Assembly (NCBI GenBank): GCA_013239625.1
Contig: MU054032.1
Location: forward strand, 248,001-312,000
Reading direction: 5' to 3'
DNA from: Lama guanicoe
Taxonomy: Eukaryota
Length of the DNA: 64,000 nt
Part shown: piece after piece, positions 24,039 through 34,688 of the stretch
Layout of the letters: each line of letters opens with the position of its first letter
Numbering within the stretch: the first letter of the stretch is position 1
Translations under genes and position numbers: made by a program
Notes under the pieces: generated by a model
Told to the model about the DNA's origin: nothing
Databases searched by the model: none
Seen by the model: the letters and a program-made list of their open reading frames with translations, nothing else

Positions 24039-24310
24039 TCGCAGTTGTCTTCCTGATAAATCTCTACCTTCAAGAGTCAGCTCAATGGTCACTTCTTTTG
24101 AAAAGTGGTCCCTGTTACCCTTTGAACCTATGGAGAAAATGTGGCAGCTGGGCTCTGTTCATTGCACTGCTATAGCACCAACCCTATAGCACAACTGTTA
24201 CTTCTCCCCCTAAAGTGTGAGCTTCTAGAGGGCAAGGATCCTGCCTTACTCACTTTTAGATCTTTAGCATCCATTCAATAATTTATGCAATTAACAAATA
24301 TATTTTTGGG
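23800..24310 (+). pseudogene. Duplicated copy of the TIMELESS intron at 13420-14330 (start of cassette copy 2), lacking the MER2
   Basis: Shared in order: TTTCTAAAA, GCCATGCCACCC, TTACACTG.AGTCATCCT, ATGCCAGTCCCTC..CTGGAAGG.TCCAA, GTCTTCCTGAT, CAAGAGTCAG, TGTTCATT...TATAGC.CCAA. A (CA)n repeat has expanded at 23987-24038. Confidence 0.7.
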
Positions 24311-24404
24311 CCAGCTGGAGAAGTAAGTGGTCAGAAGCACCTCCACCCTACCCTTAGCACAGCCCCACTGCCACCTGTGCTTTGTAACCTATAATAGTGT
24401 AATA

Positions 24405-24586
24405 GCTGTTGTCAAATTTGAGTGCACATGAGAATCACCTGTAGGGATTGGTAAACCCCAAATTGTTGAGCTTATTCTGAGTATCTGATTTAACAGGCCT
24501 GGGATAGGGCCCAAGAGTTTGCACTTCTAAGTTCCCAGGCAATGCTGAGGCTGGTGGCTCTGGGATCACACTTTGAGATCCACTAC
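24405..24586. mobile_element. MER5A-like hAT DNA transposon
   Basis: GAATCACCTG...TCTGATT.AACAGG.CTGGG.TAGGGCCCAAGA.TTTGCA.TTCTAAGTTCCCAGG...CACACTTTGAGA.CCACT. Confidence 0.75.
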
Positions 24587-25216
24587 CCTATAGCCACTGG
24601 GGGGTACTGATCCATGTCTCTCTCCTCCTTGTAATGATCCCTGCTCTGCTACCCGACTCCAAGGCCTCTCTGGAGCCTCATTCTCACTCCCCAGAAAACT
24701 CAGAGTTCAGTGTTTGGTTCAGTGGGAGTGATGATTTAACCCACAATCTGATAATCTGATTTCTTCCTTTTTAATGCTACCTACCCACTTCAGAGGCGTA
24801 GTTTATTAATATTTAGATGTCCAACTATCCTTATAGAATTTTTTGTAACTGTATATGCACATACATTTTTAAGCAAAACTCAGACTTTATTGTTCATACT
24901 AGCTTGAAGCCTGTGAACCCTTAACCTAGTCCCCCATCCCCCCATCCTGGACTCATTCTTAATTTCTGGAAATAAATTTCCAGAAGTGGAATTTGTGGGC
25001 CAAAGGATATACACATTTTTGTTGTTAGTTGAGCCATTCATCTCTTTGTTAAAATGAAAAGAATTGCTTTGGTTTTTTTCTGGTTGTAAATGTAATACAT
25101 TCACATTGCAAAAAAATTAGCCAACTTAAAAGAAAAAACAGTCCTTCAAATCTGATAACTCAGAAATCACTTCTGTCAATTTTTTGGCTGAGGTATATTT
25201 TACTTATAATAAAACA

Positions 25217-25320
25217 GGGGATGGGGGTATAGCTCAGTTGGTAGGGTGCATGCTGAGCCTGCACGAGGTACTTGGTTCTATTCCCATTACCTCCATTTGA
25301 AAGAGGGAAAAAAAGAGAGA
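25217..25320 (+). mobile_element. tRNA-derived SINE (Vic-1-like)
   Basis: GGGGATGGGGGTATAGCTCAGTTGGTAG...GGTTCTATTCCC; flanking TAATAAAAyAGG repeats. Confidence 0.8.
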
Positions 25321-28300
25321 TACCTGTAATAAAATAGGCAGATTTTAAATGTACAGTTCGAAGCACTTTGACACACACAAAAACAAGCACACACAAAGAC
25401 AGATACATAGATAAATTACCACATCAATCAAGATACAGAGCATGTCCTTCACTTTGAAATTTTCCCAGTTAATTCCACTCCCCGCCCTCATCTCTCATGA
25501 CTCTCTCCCCACATACAAACACTGGACTAATTTCTATCCTTGCAGTTTAGTGTTGCCTCTCTGTAATTTCATACACATGGAATCACAGAATATGTCTTCT
25601 CTCGAGTTTGACTTCTGCTCAGCAGTCTATGATTTATCAGTGTCCTTGTGTGTATATCAGTAAATTATAGCTTTTTAATGCTGAATAATGTATCAGTTTG
25701 TAAATGTATGGTGGTTGTTTTTAAAATTCATGTGCCTGTTAGTGGATATTTGGATAGTTTCCAATTTGGGGCTATTATAGATAAATATGCTATGAACATA
25801 CTTGTCTTTTATGGGACGTGTGTTATCATTTCTTTTGGGTAAATATTAAGAAGAAAAACTGCTAGGCAATAAGGTGTGTATATATTTAACCTTATAAGAA
25901 ATTGCCAGTTTTCCAAAGTGATTGTACCAATGTATGAAAGTTCTAGCTGATTCTCATCAACACACTTGACATTATGTCTTTCTAGTTTTAGCCATCCTAG
26001 TGAGTATCTTCTAATGGTATTAATTTACATTTCTTTGATGACTTATTGCACATCTTTTGGCCATTGTTTCCTCCTCTCTTGTGAAGTGTCTGTTCAAGTC
26101 TTTTGTCCATTTATAAAACAGAGTTGCTTGCTTATTTAATATTGTGTGTCTATATGCATATTGTATGTATCATACCACTGATATAAATTATAGTGGCATA
26201 TGGTCCTCCTTCAGTATCCGAGGGGGATTGTTTCCAGGACCCTCCACCCATACCAAAATTTGCAGATGCTCAAGTCTCTTACATAAATGTCACAGTACAG
26301 TTGAGCCTCCATATTCCAGGTTCCACATCCATGGATATAGGCTGTTTATCCCTGATATAAATTTCACACACATATCATATGTGTTAGAAATCCTTTGTCA
26401 GACATATATTTACAAGTATTTTCCTTTGGACTATGCCTTGCCTCTCAATTTTCACAGCAGCAGAAGCTTTAATTTTGAAGTCCAATTTACTGATTTTTAA
26501 TTTTATGGTTAATGCTTTTTATTGTGGTAAAATATACATAACATAAAATTTACCACTTTAACCAATGTAAGTGTACAATCTAGTGACATTAAGTACATTC
26601 ACACTGTTGTACACTGTTACCATGTCCATAACCAGAACTTTTTCATTATCTTTTCAAGTTGAAATTCTGTACCCATTAACACTAACTCCCCATTCCCCAC
26701 TGTCCTCTGTAGGTACTTCATGTAAGTGGAATCATATAATATTTGTCTATTTGTGTCTGGCTGACTTCATTTACCATTATGTCCTCAAGTTTCATATATG
26801 TTATGTAGTGTTCAAATTTCCTTCCTTTTTAAGGCTGAATAATATTCCATCGCTATGTATATACCATATTTTGTTTATTCATTCATCTGTGAGGGACATT
26901 GAGGTTGTGTGAACTGGTATTTCACTGTGGTTTTGATTAACATTTTCCTAGTGTTTGGTAATGTTGAGCATCTTTTCATGTGCTCATTGGCCATTTGTAT
27001 GTCTTTGTGGGAGAAATGTCTTTTCAAGTCACTTGCTCATTTTTAAATTGGATTGTTTGTTTGTTGTTGTCAAGTTGTAGGAGTTCTTTATATATTCTGG
27101 ATATTAGCCACTTGTCAACTATATGATATGAAAATATTTTCTCCCATTCTGTGGATTATTTTTCACTCTGTTGTTAGTGTCTTTTGATGCACAAAAGTAT
27201 AAAAATTAATTAATTTTAATTTGAGTTTTTAATGAAATCCAATTTATTTATTATTTCTTTTGTTGCCTGTGTTTTTAGTGTCACATTTGAGAACTCACTG
27301 CCAAATGCAATGTCACGAAGCTTCCTCCTATGTTTTCCTCTAAGAATTTTAGTTTTAGCTCTTTTGTTTAAGTATTTGATCCTTTTTGAGTTATATTTCA
27401 TATTTGGTATAAGAGAAGGGTCAAACTTTATTCTTTTGCATGTGGATATCCAGTTGTCCCAGCACCATATGCTCCATTGAGTGGTTTCAACACCCTCATA
27501 AAAAAATCATTTAACTATATCCACAAAGATTTACTTCTGGGTTCTCTATTCTATTTCATTGGTCTATGTGTTTATCTTTATGCCAATATCACACTGGGTT
27601 TTGTTTAGGTTTTTTTTTTTGCAAATTTTCTTTTCTTTAATTAAAGTTTTTTGTTTTTCTCATTGATTTTTATAAGTTCCTGATATATTAAGCATAATTT
27701 CTTATCCACATATCTGAGTTAGGGCAAAACTAGAATTACTTTCAGAAAATACTTGCCCAAGCATATTCTCTTGGGAGACAAACCTTGTTGAGTTGTGTGT
27801 CCTACTTGATATCTTCATTTTTAAGAAAAGGAATTCTCTCACCGTAGCAAAAGCATACAAGTGTGGCTTTAATTGGCCTTGCAGAATAGCTCCTATGAGG
27901 TACTTGTCATTAAGACAATAGCACACTCTTTCCATTAAGGTAGTTTTGTAATAAATTTTGAAATCAGGAAACAAGTCCTTCAATTCTGTTTTCTTTTTCA
28001 AGATTGTTTTGGCTATTTATGTCTCTTGAAATTCCATGTGAATTTTAGTTTGGTTTTTCTATTTTGGGGGGAAAAAAAAACACTAGGATTTTGGCAAGGA
28101 GTGCATCAAATTTTTTAGTCTCTTTGGGTTGTAATGACATCTTAAGAATAGTAAGTCTTCCAGTCCATGGGCTTGATGTCTTTCCCGTTATATATGCTTT
28201 CTTTAATTTCTTTCAGCAATGTTTTGTAACTTTCATTGCACAAGTCTTTGGCCTCCTTGGTTAAGTTTATTCCTAATTATTTTATTCTTTTTGATGCTGT

Positions 28301-31199
28301 TGTAAAAAAATTGGTTTTTTAATTTCTTTTTCAGATTTTCCATTGTTAGTGTATAGAAATGCAACTAATTTGGGGTGTTGATTTTGTTGATCCCGCAACT
28401 TTTCTTAATTTGTTTATTAATTCTAACAAGTGTGTGTGTGTGCTCGAATATTTAGGGTTTTCTACATATATGATCATATCTTCTGCAAACAGAGATAATT
28501 TTGCTTGAATGTCCTTTTTTCTTTTTCTTGTCAAATTGCTCTGGCTAGAACTTTCAATACCATGTTGAAAACAAGCGTCTTTGTCTTGTTCCTGATCTTA
28601 GAGGAAAAGCTTTCAGTCTTTTGTCATTGAACATGATGTTAGCTATGGGTTTTTCATATATGGCTGTTATTATTGAGATACTTAGTTTTTTCTATTTCTA
28701 GTTTGTTGATGTGAAATGCCTTTCTGCATCAATTGAGATGATCAAGTATTTTTTTCTCCTTTATTCTGTTAATGTGATGAATTACACTGGTTGATTTTCA
28801 TATATTGAGCCACATCTATATTCTATAAATAAATAAATGGTGTGTAATACTTTTAATATGCTACCAAATTCAGTTTGTAAATGTTTTGCATTAATATTCT
28901 CAAGCGATATAGGTCTGTGGCTTTCTTTTCTTGTAATGTCCTTGTCTGGCTTTGATATCAGGGTAATGCTGGTCTCCTAGAGTTAGTTATAAATGTTCCC
29001 TCCTCTTATTTTGGAAGAGTCTGAGGAGGATTAGTATTAACTCTTCTTTAAATGTTTGGTAGAATGCACCAATAAAGCCATTTGGTCCAGGGCTTTCCTT
29101 TATTGAGAAGTTTTTTTACTGATTCAGTCACCTTACTAATTGTAGGTCCATTCAGATTTTCTGTCACTTCATGATTCAGTCTTGGTATCTTGTATGGTTC
29201 TAGGAATTTGTCTGTTTCATCTGGATTACCCAACTTATTGGCATGCACCTATTCATTGTACTCGCTTAAAATCATTTTTGTTTCTGCAAAACCAGTAATA
29301 ACATTCCCACTTTCATTTCTTTTTAAATTGAGATATAATTGACATATAACTTTATATTAGTTTGAGGTGTACAACATAATGATTCAATATTTGTATACAA
29401 TGTGAAATGATCACCACAATAAGTCTATTTAACAACCGTTGGCACACAATGATACCATGTTTTCCTTGTGATGAGAACTTTTAAGATCTACTATTTTGGT
29501 AATTTTCAAATATACAATAGAGTATTATTGATTATACTAATTAATAATAATTATTATTATTATACAGTATAGATACCATGCTGTACATTCCATCCGCAGG
29601 ACTTATTTATTTTATAAGTGGAAGTTTGTGCTTTTGACCTCCTCTATCCATTTTGCCCACTGCCCACCATCTGCTTCTGGCAATCACCAATCTGTTCTTT
29701 GTATCTATGAGTTCAGTTTTTGTTTTTAAGATTCCACATTCCACTTATGATATAAGTGAGATCATAAAATATTTGTCTTTCTCTGTCTGACTTATTTCAC
29801 TTAGTGTAATGCCCTCAAGGTCCATCCATGTTGTCACAAACAGCAAGATTTTATTCTTTTTATGCCTGAATATTCTACTGTGTGTATATATATATACACA
29901 CACACACACATACACATACACAGCACAGTTTCTTTATCTATCTATTCATTGATGGACACTTAGGAAGCTTCTCTTGTAAATAATAGAACTGCAATGAGCA
30001 TGGGGGTGCATATACCTTTTCAAGTTAGTGGTTTCATTTTCTTTGGATAAATGCCCAGAAGTGAAACTGTTGCATCATATAGTAGTTCTATTTTTAATTT
30101 TTTGAAGAGCCTCCATACTATTTTCCATGACGGCTGCACCAATTTACGTTCCCACCAGCAGCGCACAAGGGTTCCCTTTTCTCCACATCCTTGCCAACAC
30201 TTGTTATTTCTAGTCTTTTTGATAATAACCATTCTAAAAGGTGTGAGGTGATGTCTCATTGTGGTTTCAATTTGCACTTCTCTGATGACTAGTGATACTG
30301 AGCACCTTTTCTTGTACCTGTTGGCCATCTCTATGTTTTCTTTGGAATAATATCTATTCAGATCCCCAGCCCATTTTTAAATCAGATTGTTTGTTTGTTT
30401 GTTTGCTATTGCATTGTATGAGTTCCTTACTTATTTTGGATATTGTCCCCTTATCAAATGTATAGATTGCAAGTATTGTCTCTCATCCAGTAGGTTGTAT
30501 CTTCATTTTGTTAATGGTTTCCTTTGCTATGCATCCCACTTTTATTACTGATGTTAGTAATTTGAGTTTCTCTCTCTCTTTTTTTTTAAGTCAATGTAGT
30601 TGAAGTTTTGTCAATTTTGTCGATTTTTTTTTAAAGAATCAATTTTGGAAAAAAAGAATCAATTTTGGATTTATTGATTTTATCTATTGCTTTTCTATTC
30701 TCTGTTTTATTTATCCTGCTCTAATCTTTATCATTTCCTTCCTTATGCTAGCTTTAGGTTCAGTTTGTCCTTCAGTCTTTAGTCTTCTTTAATCATTTTT
30801 GATAATTGTTTGTAGTTTTCAGTGCACAAGTTTTATACTTCTTTTGTTAAATTTGTCCCTAAGTATTTTATTCTTTTTGATGCTATCAGAAATGAAACTA
30901 TCTTGTAAATTTAATTCTCAGAGTATTCACTGCAAATGTATATAAATGTAATTGATTTTGTATATTGATCTTGTATTCTACAACTTTGCTGAACTCACTT
31001 ATTTTAATAATTTTTTGTGTGGACTCTTTGAGAGTTTTCTATACGCAATATCATGTTATCTGCAAACTGAGATAGTTTATTTCTTCCTTTCTAATCTGGA
31101 TGTCTTTTATTTCATTGTCTTGCTAAGTCACTCTGGCTAAACCCTCCAGTACAATGTTAAATAGAAGTGGCAAGAGTAAGAATCTTTGTCTTGTTCCTT

Positions 31200-31395
31200 C
31201 TTTTAGGAATTTTGTGTGGTTTTTTGTTTTGTTTTTTATCTTTCCTTGCTTTTTTTTTTAATTTTGGGGGGAGATAATTAGATTTATTTATTTATTTACT
31301 TCATTTATTTTTTTTTAATGGAGGTACTGGGGATTGAACCCAGGATCTCGTGCATGCCAAGCACGTGCTCTACCACTGAGCTACACCCTCCCCCC
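31200..31395 (-). mobile_element. tRNA-derived SINE (Vic-1-like)
   Basis: GGAGGTACTGGGGATTGAACCCAGG...CTCTACCACTGAGCTACACCCTCCCC with a long T-rich tail. Confidence 0.85.
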
Positions 31396-31771
31396 GAATT
31401 TTATGTGTTCTTTAACAGCATTTTAATTGAATTGTTTTTCTAAGTTAACTTTTCAATATATGCTCCTAGAACACAGAAATATTTTTATATTAATATCTTA
31501 TCCTGTCACCTTCCTAAATTCACTTATTAGTTCTTGTAGTTTTTTAAAAATTTTGGCTCTTTAGGATTTCCTACATAAACAATTATGTTGTTTTTAAATA
31601 AATACAGTTCTGATTCTTCTTTTCTACTTTTATGCCATTAATTTTTTTATTATTTCCTCATTACACTACTTAAGACTTCCAGTACAATGGTGATAAAGTG
31701 GTAAGCGTAGATATTCTTGCTTTTTGGTAGATTCTAGGAGAAAGGGTTAAATATTTACCCTTTGTTACGCT

Positions 31772-32460
31772 GCTACACAGAAACTGTAGAGTCCTTGGGA
31801 TTCCCCAGGGATTTAGTGTCTGGTCACTTCAGTAGGGCTGAACCCCTTTGCACCTAGCTCCTGCTACTTCCAATTTTGGAAGTGTGTCCTTACAGATCTC
31901 CTCCTCTTCTTTCTTCTGTCTGCTCTTGGTTGTCAAGGGCCACTTCTGAGAACTGAGAAGTGAAATAAATAGAGGAAAGGACTCTGAGCCCCCGCCCCAC
32001 CTCTGGCCTGTTTTCTCTGGCTGTCTGTCAGAAGTGAGTGACAGCACCAAAGAAACTTTCTGCCATAATGCTATGTAGGAATCTGTACCAGTTTCAGAAG
32101 GCATCCAATATCTTCTTCCCCTAATTTTTGGACTGTAGTTACTGCTAGACCCCAAATGAAACCAAATGTTTGGAGTTTTGGTTAGATTTGGAAAGTGTTA
32201 CTACCTAGATGATGAACATGTTTCATTTATGGTTTGCATTGGAATTAGAAAAGTGAGAAATAAGAGTTGCACTGATTTCATTTAACTTACCAGTCTTTTC
32301 AGTTTTCCTGGCCTCCACTCAATGTATCTTTTTGAAAAAGAACTTGTGGAATGTTTTGGAGGTCTCTTACCAGAGATCATCAGCCTTTCTGCCTTATCCA
32401 TTCTCCCCTTCAGAAGATACAGAGGAACTTTTCCTCATCTCATGTATAGGTCCAGGGTAA
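31772..32460 (+). pseudogene. Third copy of the TIMELESS 3'-UTR region, upstream of the second APON
   Basis: ACAGAAACTGTAGAGTCCTTGGG matches TIMELESS 15297-15318. Colinear with 18450-19090 (AAGGGCC.CT.CTG.GAACTGAGA; TGTACCAGTTT.AG.AGGCA; CAGAAGAT.CAGAGGAA.TTTTCCT.ATCT). Confidence 0.72.
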
Positions 32461-32948
32461 AACCTTAGGACAACAAGGATATGGGGCAGGACTAGCAGGG
32501 CCAAAAGGGGAAAGGCCTATTTGTCATTATGGGCCAAAGGTGAGGAGGACAAAGTCTGGACCTAGAAGAGATGTATAAATATTTGCAAATGCTATGTCCT
32601 TCACTGTTTTGGACATTGTCAGAGTTCTGGCTTCCTCGTGATTCTGGCTGGGGTAAGGGAGAAAGAGCAATTAAAAAAATTCAAAAAAGTCATCCCAGTC
32701 ATGAAGATACCAAAGCAAGGGAGATGTTTGGACTTTTTTGTTCCTCTGGCTTGTTTCTTCCTCAAAACAGTTGAGGATCTCTCATGGCCTTTAAGAGTGT
32801 GAGTGAAGTATGTCCAGAGTAACTGAAATTTCCAAGGCCTGACACTTCCTAGCTCTGACCAGTCTTGGTGTCTCTTCATCCCAGGCCTCTCCCCGCTTCC
32901 CAGCCTGAGCACTGCTTCTTTCCAGCGGGGCTGTTCTGCTGACCCACC

Positions 32949-33750
32949 ATGGCCCAGGCTGTGCTGCTCCTTTGCTGTGTTTTCCTGTCTCTGGTGGCTG
33001 CCTTTCCAAGAAATGGCCAGAAAGGAGCCTTGAACTTCCAGCTGTCTTTCACAGAAACTGGGCATGCTCTGAACAGGCTCTCCAACCAGATCCCTCTCCC
33101 AGATCCCAAGACCTGCCAGGATCTTTTGGGCATGGCCTCCTCCTTAGCCCCTCTGCCTGAGTACCTATCCAGCTTAGCTCTGGAGGTGGTCCTGGAGGAG
33201 GTTGGCTGCCCAACTGAGGCCCACCTTCTGCAGCTTCAGCTTGTTAAGATGGGAGGAAAGGACACCACTGAAACCCTCATCCGTGAGAGTAAAAAGCACG
33301 ATGAGGAGGAAGGCACTGGCAATACTATAGTCATTCTGAGGGACCTTTGGGGGACCTGCAGAGAAGCTTGGATAAATCCAAAACTCAGCCACTCACCCTG
33401 AGGAGTGTGTTAATGATGGTGAGTACACCCACTGGAGTGGCTGGTCTACCTGTTAGCTCAGATGGTGGTTGAATTTGCTGAGAAGCAAACAGTTTCCATG
33501 TTGCTAGCTGATGATACAATTTAAAGCATTGCTATCAACAACCCCTAGAACTGCAGATATGAGTCTTGGAAACATGTTGAAGAATTAAGCAAAGGCTGAA
33601 GACACCTCCACGTTATGGGCCTCTCAGTGTCTATAGATGATTACAGTATAATTTATCAAATGTTCCACAGTAATTCTGAAGTGTTTTAGGGGGAAATTGT
33701 TTCAGGAATTTGTCCAGATTATTTACTTCAGATATTCAATGTCACCTAGG
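32949..33750 (+). pseudogene. Second APON copy: 150-aa ORF (32949-33401), frameshifted just before the mature domain, which is degenerate
   Basis: First 124 aa identical to APON. +1 frameshift near 33345. In the restored frame a TAA falls where RRLQR was. Remnants GAATTTGCTGA.AAGC and GAGTCTTGGAA.CAT continue to about 33750. Confidence 0.85.
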
Positions 33751-34263
33751 TGACAAGTCTGATTTCCCACGACTCTGTTCGAGGATGGAGCACAGTAAGT
33801 AGGCAGAATGTTGGACACCACTTAGGACAGATGCATGTTCTTTATTTCATCCCAGTGCTAAAACACACAGGTGACTGGTATTAACCTTGCCCCTCTCTAC
33901 TTAGTAGCTCTCAGTCCTTATTTCTCATTCCATTTTCCCTTTTTTCCTTTCTTTATTTCAGTTATCCTATGCTGGGCATGTAATAAGCATAAGAAATATT
34001 TTAACTTCTTTTTCATTCATCTACCCCGTGCTAAATCCCCAACTTGACACTATAGCTTGATAATTTAATTTTTAAACTGAAAAGAGAAATAAAATAAAAG
34101 ATCATGAAAGACATCTAATCTGTTCTGATTCTGTCTCCTTGCTCCTATCATGGACTAGAGTAGGAATGTGGCAGGGAATTATAGGAAATGCCAAAGAACA
34201 GGGTTTTAGGTATTGAGGTTGAGTGTGACAAGGGGATGAGGTTTGAGAAGCCAGCACAAATGG

Positions 34264-34275
34264 GCAAATATTTGC
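34264..34275. promoter_or_regulatory. Palindromic forkhead (FOXA-type) site GCAAATATTTGC in the APOF promoter
   Basis: Perfect 12-bp palindrome with TATTTGC on both strands, about 140 bp upstream of the exon 1 donor at 34413. Confidence 0.55.
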
Positions 34276-34688
34276 AAAGATTACATCTCTTACTGGTGAT
34301 AGGAGAAAACAAATATCGACTTTCTTCATGGAACAGAGGAGTAGGCAGAACAGGATCGAGGAGCTACCAAACCTACCAAGGCAGTCTCAATTCTTAATCG
34401 CTGGACTGTATGGTAATTTGGGGTCCCCTACAAATGGGTGCAAGTAAGGCAGAGGAAAACCCTGATGACCTGAAGATTGAGAAGGCCAAGTGGGAACAAT
34501 TGGGTTGCATTTCCTGTTTCTTAGGCCTATACCTGAAAAGAACAGAAGTTTGGAGGTAACAGATGAGATGTGCCCTGAGTCCTGGGCTCCTTTCAGACCA
34601 CAGCCCTTAGGGACATGATTTGTATGTTTCTGGTTTCTCCCCTCTCCAGCTCACTCTGTTCCAGACATGCGTGGCCTCAGACTCAATC

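Larger units (their letters stand above)
24800..31760 (-). mobile_element. About 7-kb cluster of nested, mostly antisense L1 fragments
   Basis: L1 ORF2-like translations on the minus strand (30020-30328 [30 protein letters not shown]; 29048-29248 KLGNPDETDKFLE). Several L1 3' ends. A younger L1 at about 29320-30531 is nested, with CCCACTTT repeats near 29306 and 30535. MER2-related piece at about 26200-26345. Confidence 0.88.

Noticed and set aside
30020..30328. 102-aa ORF
   Set aside because: Remnant of the L1 ORF2 C-terminus.
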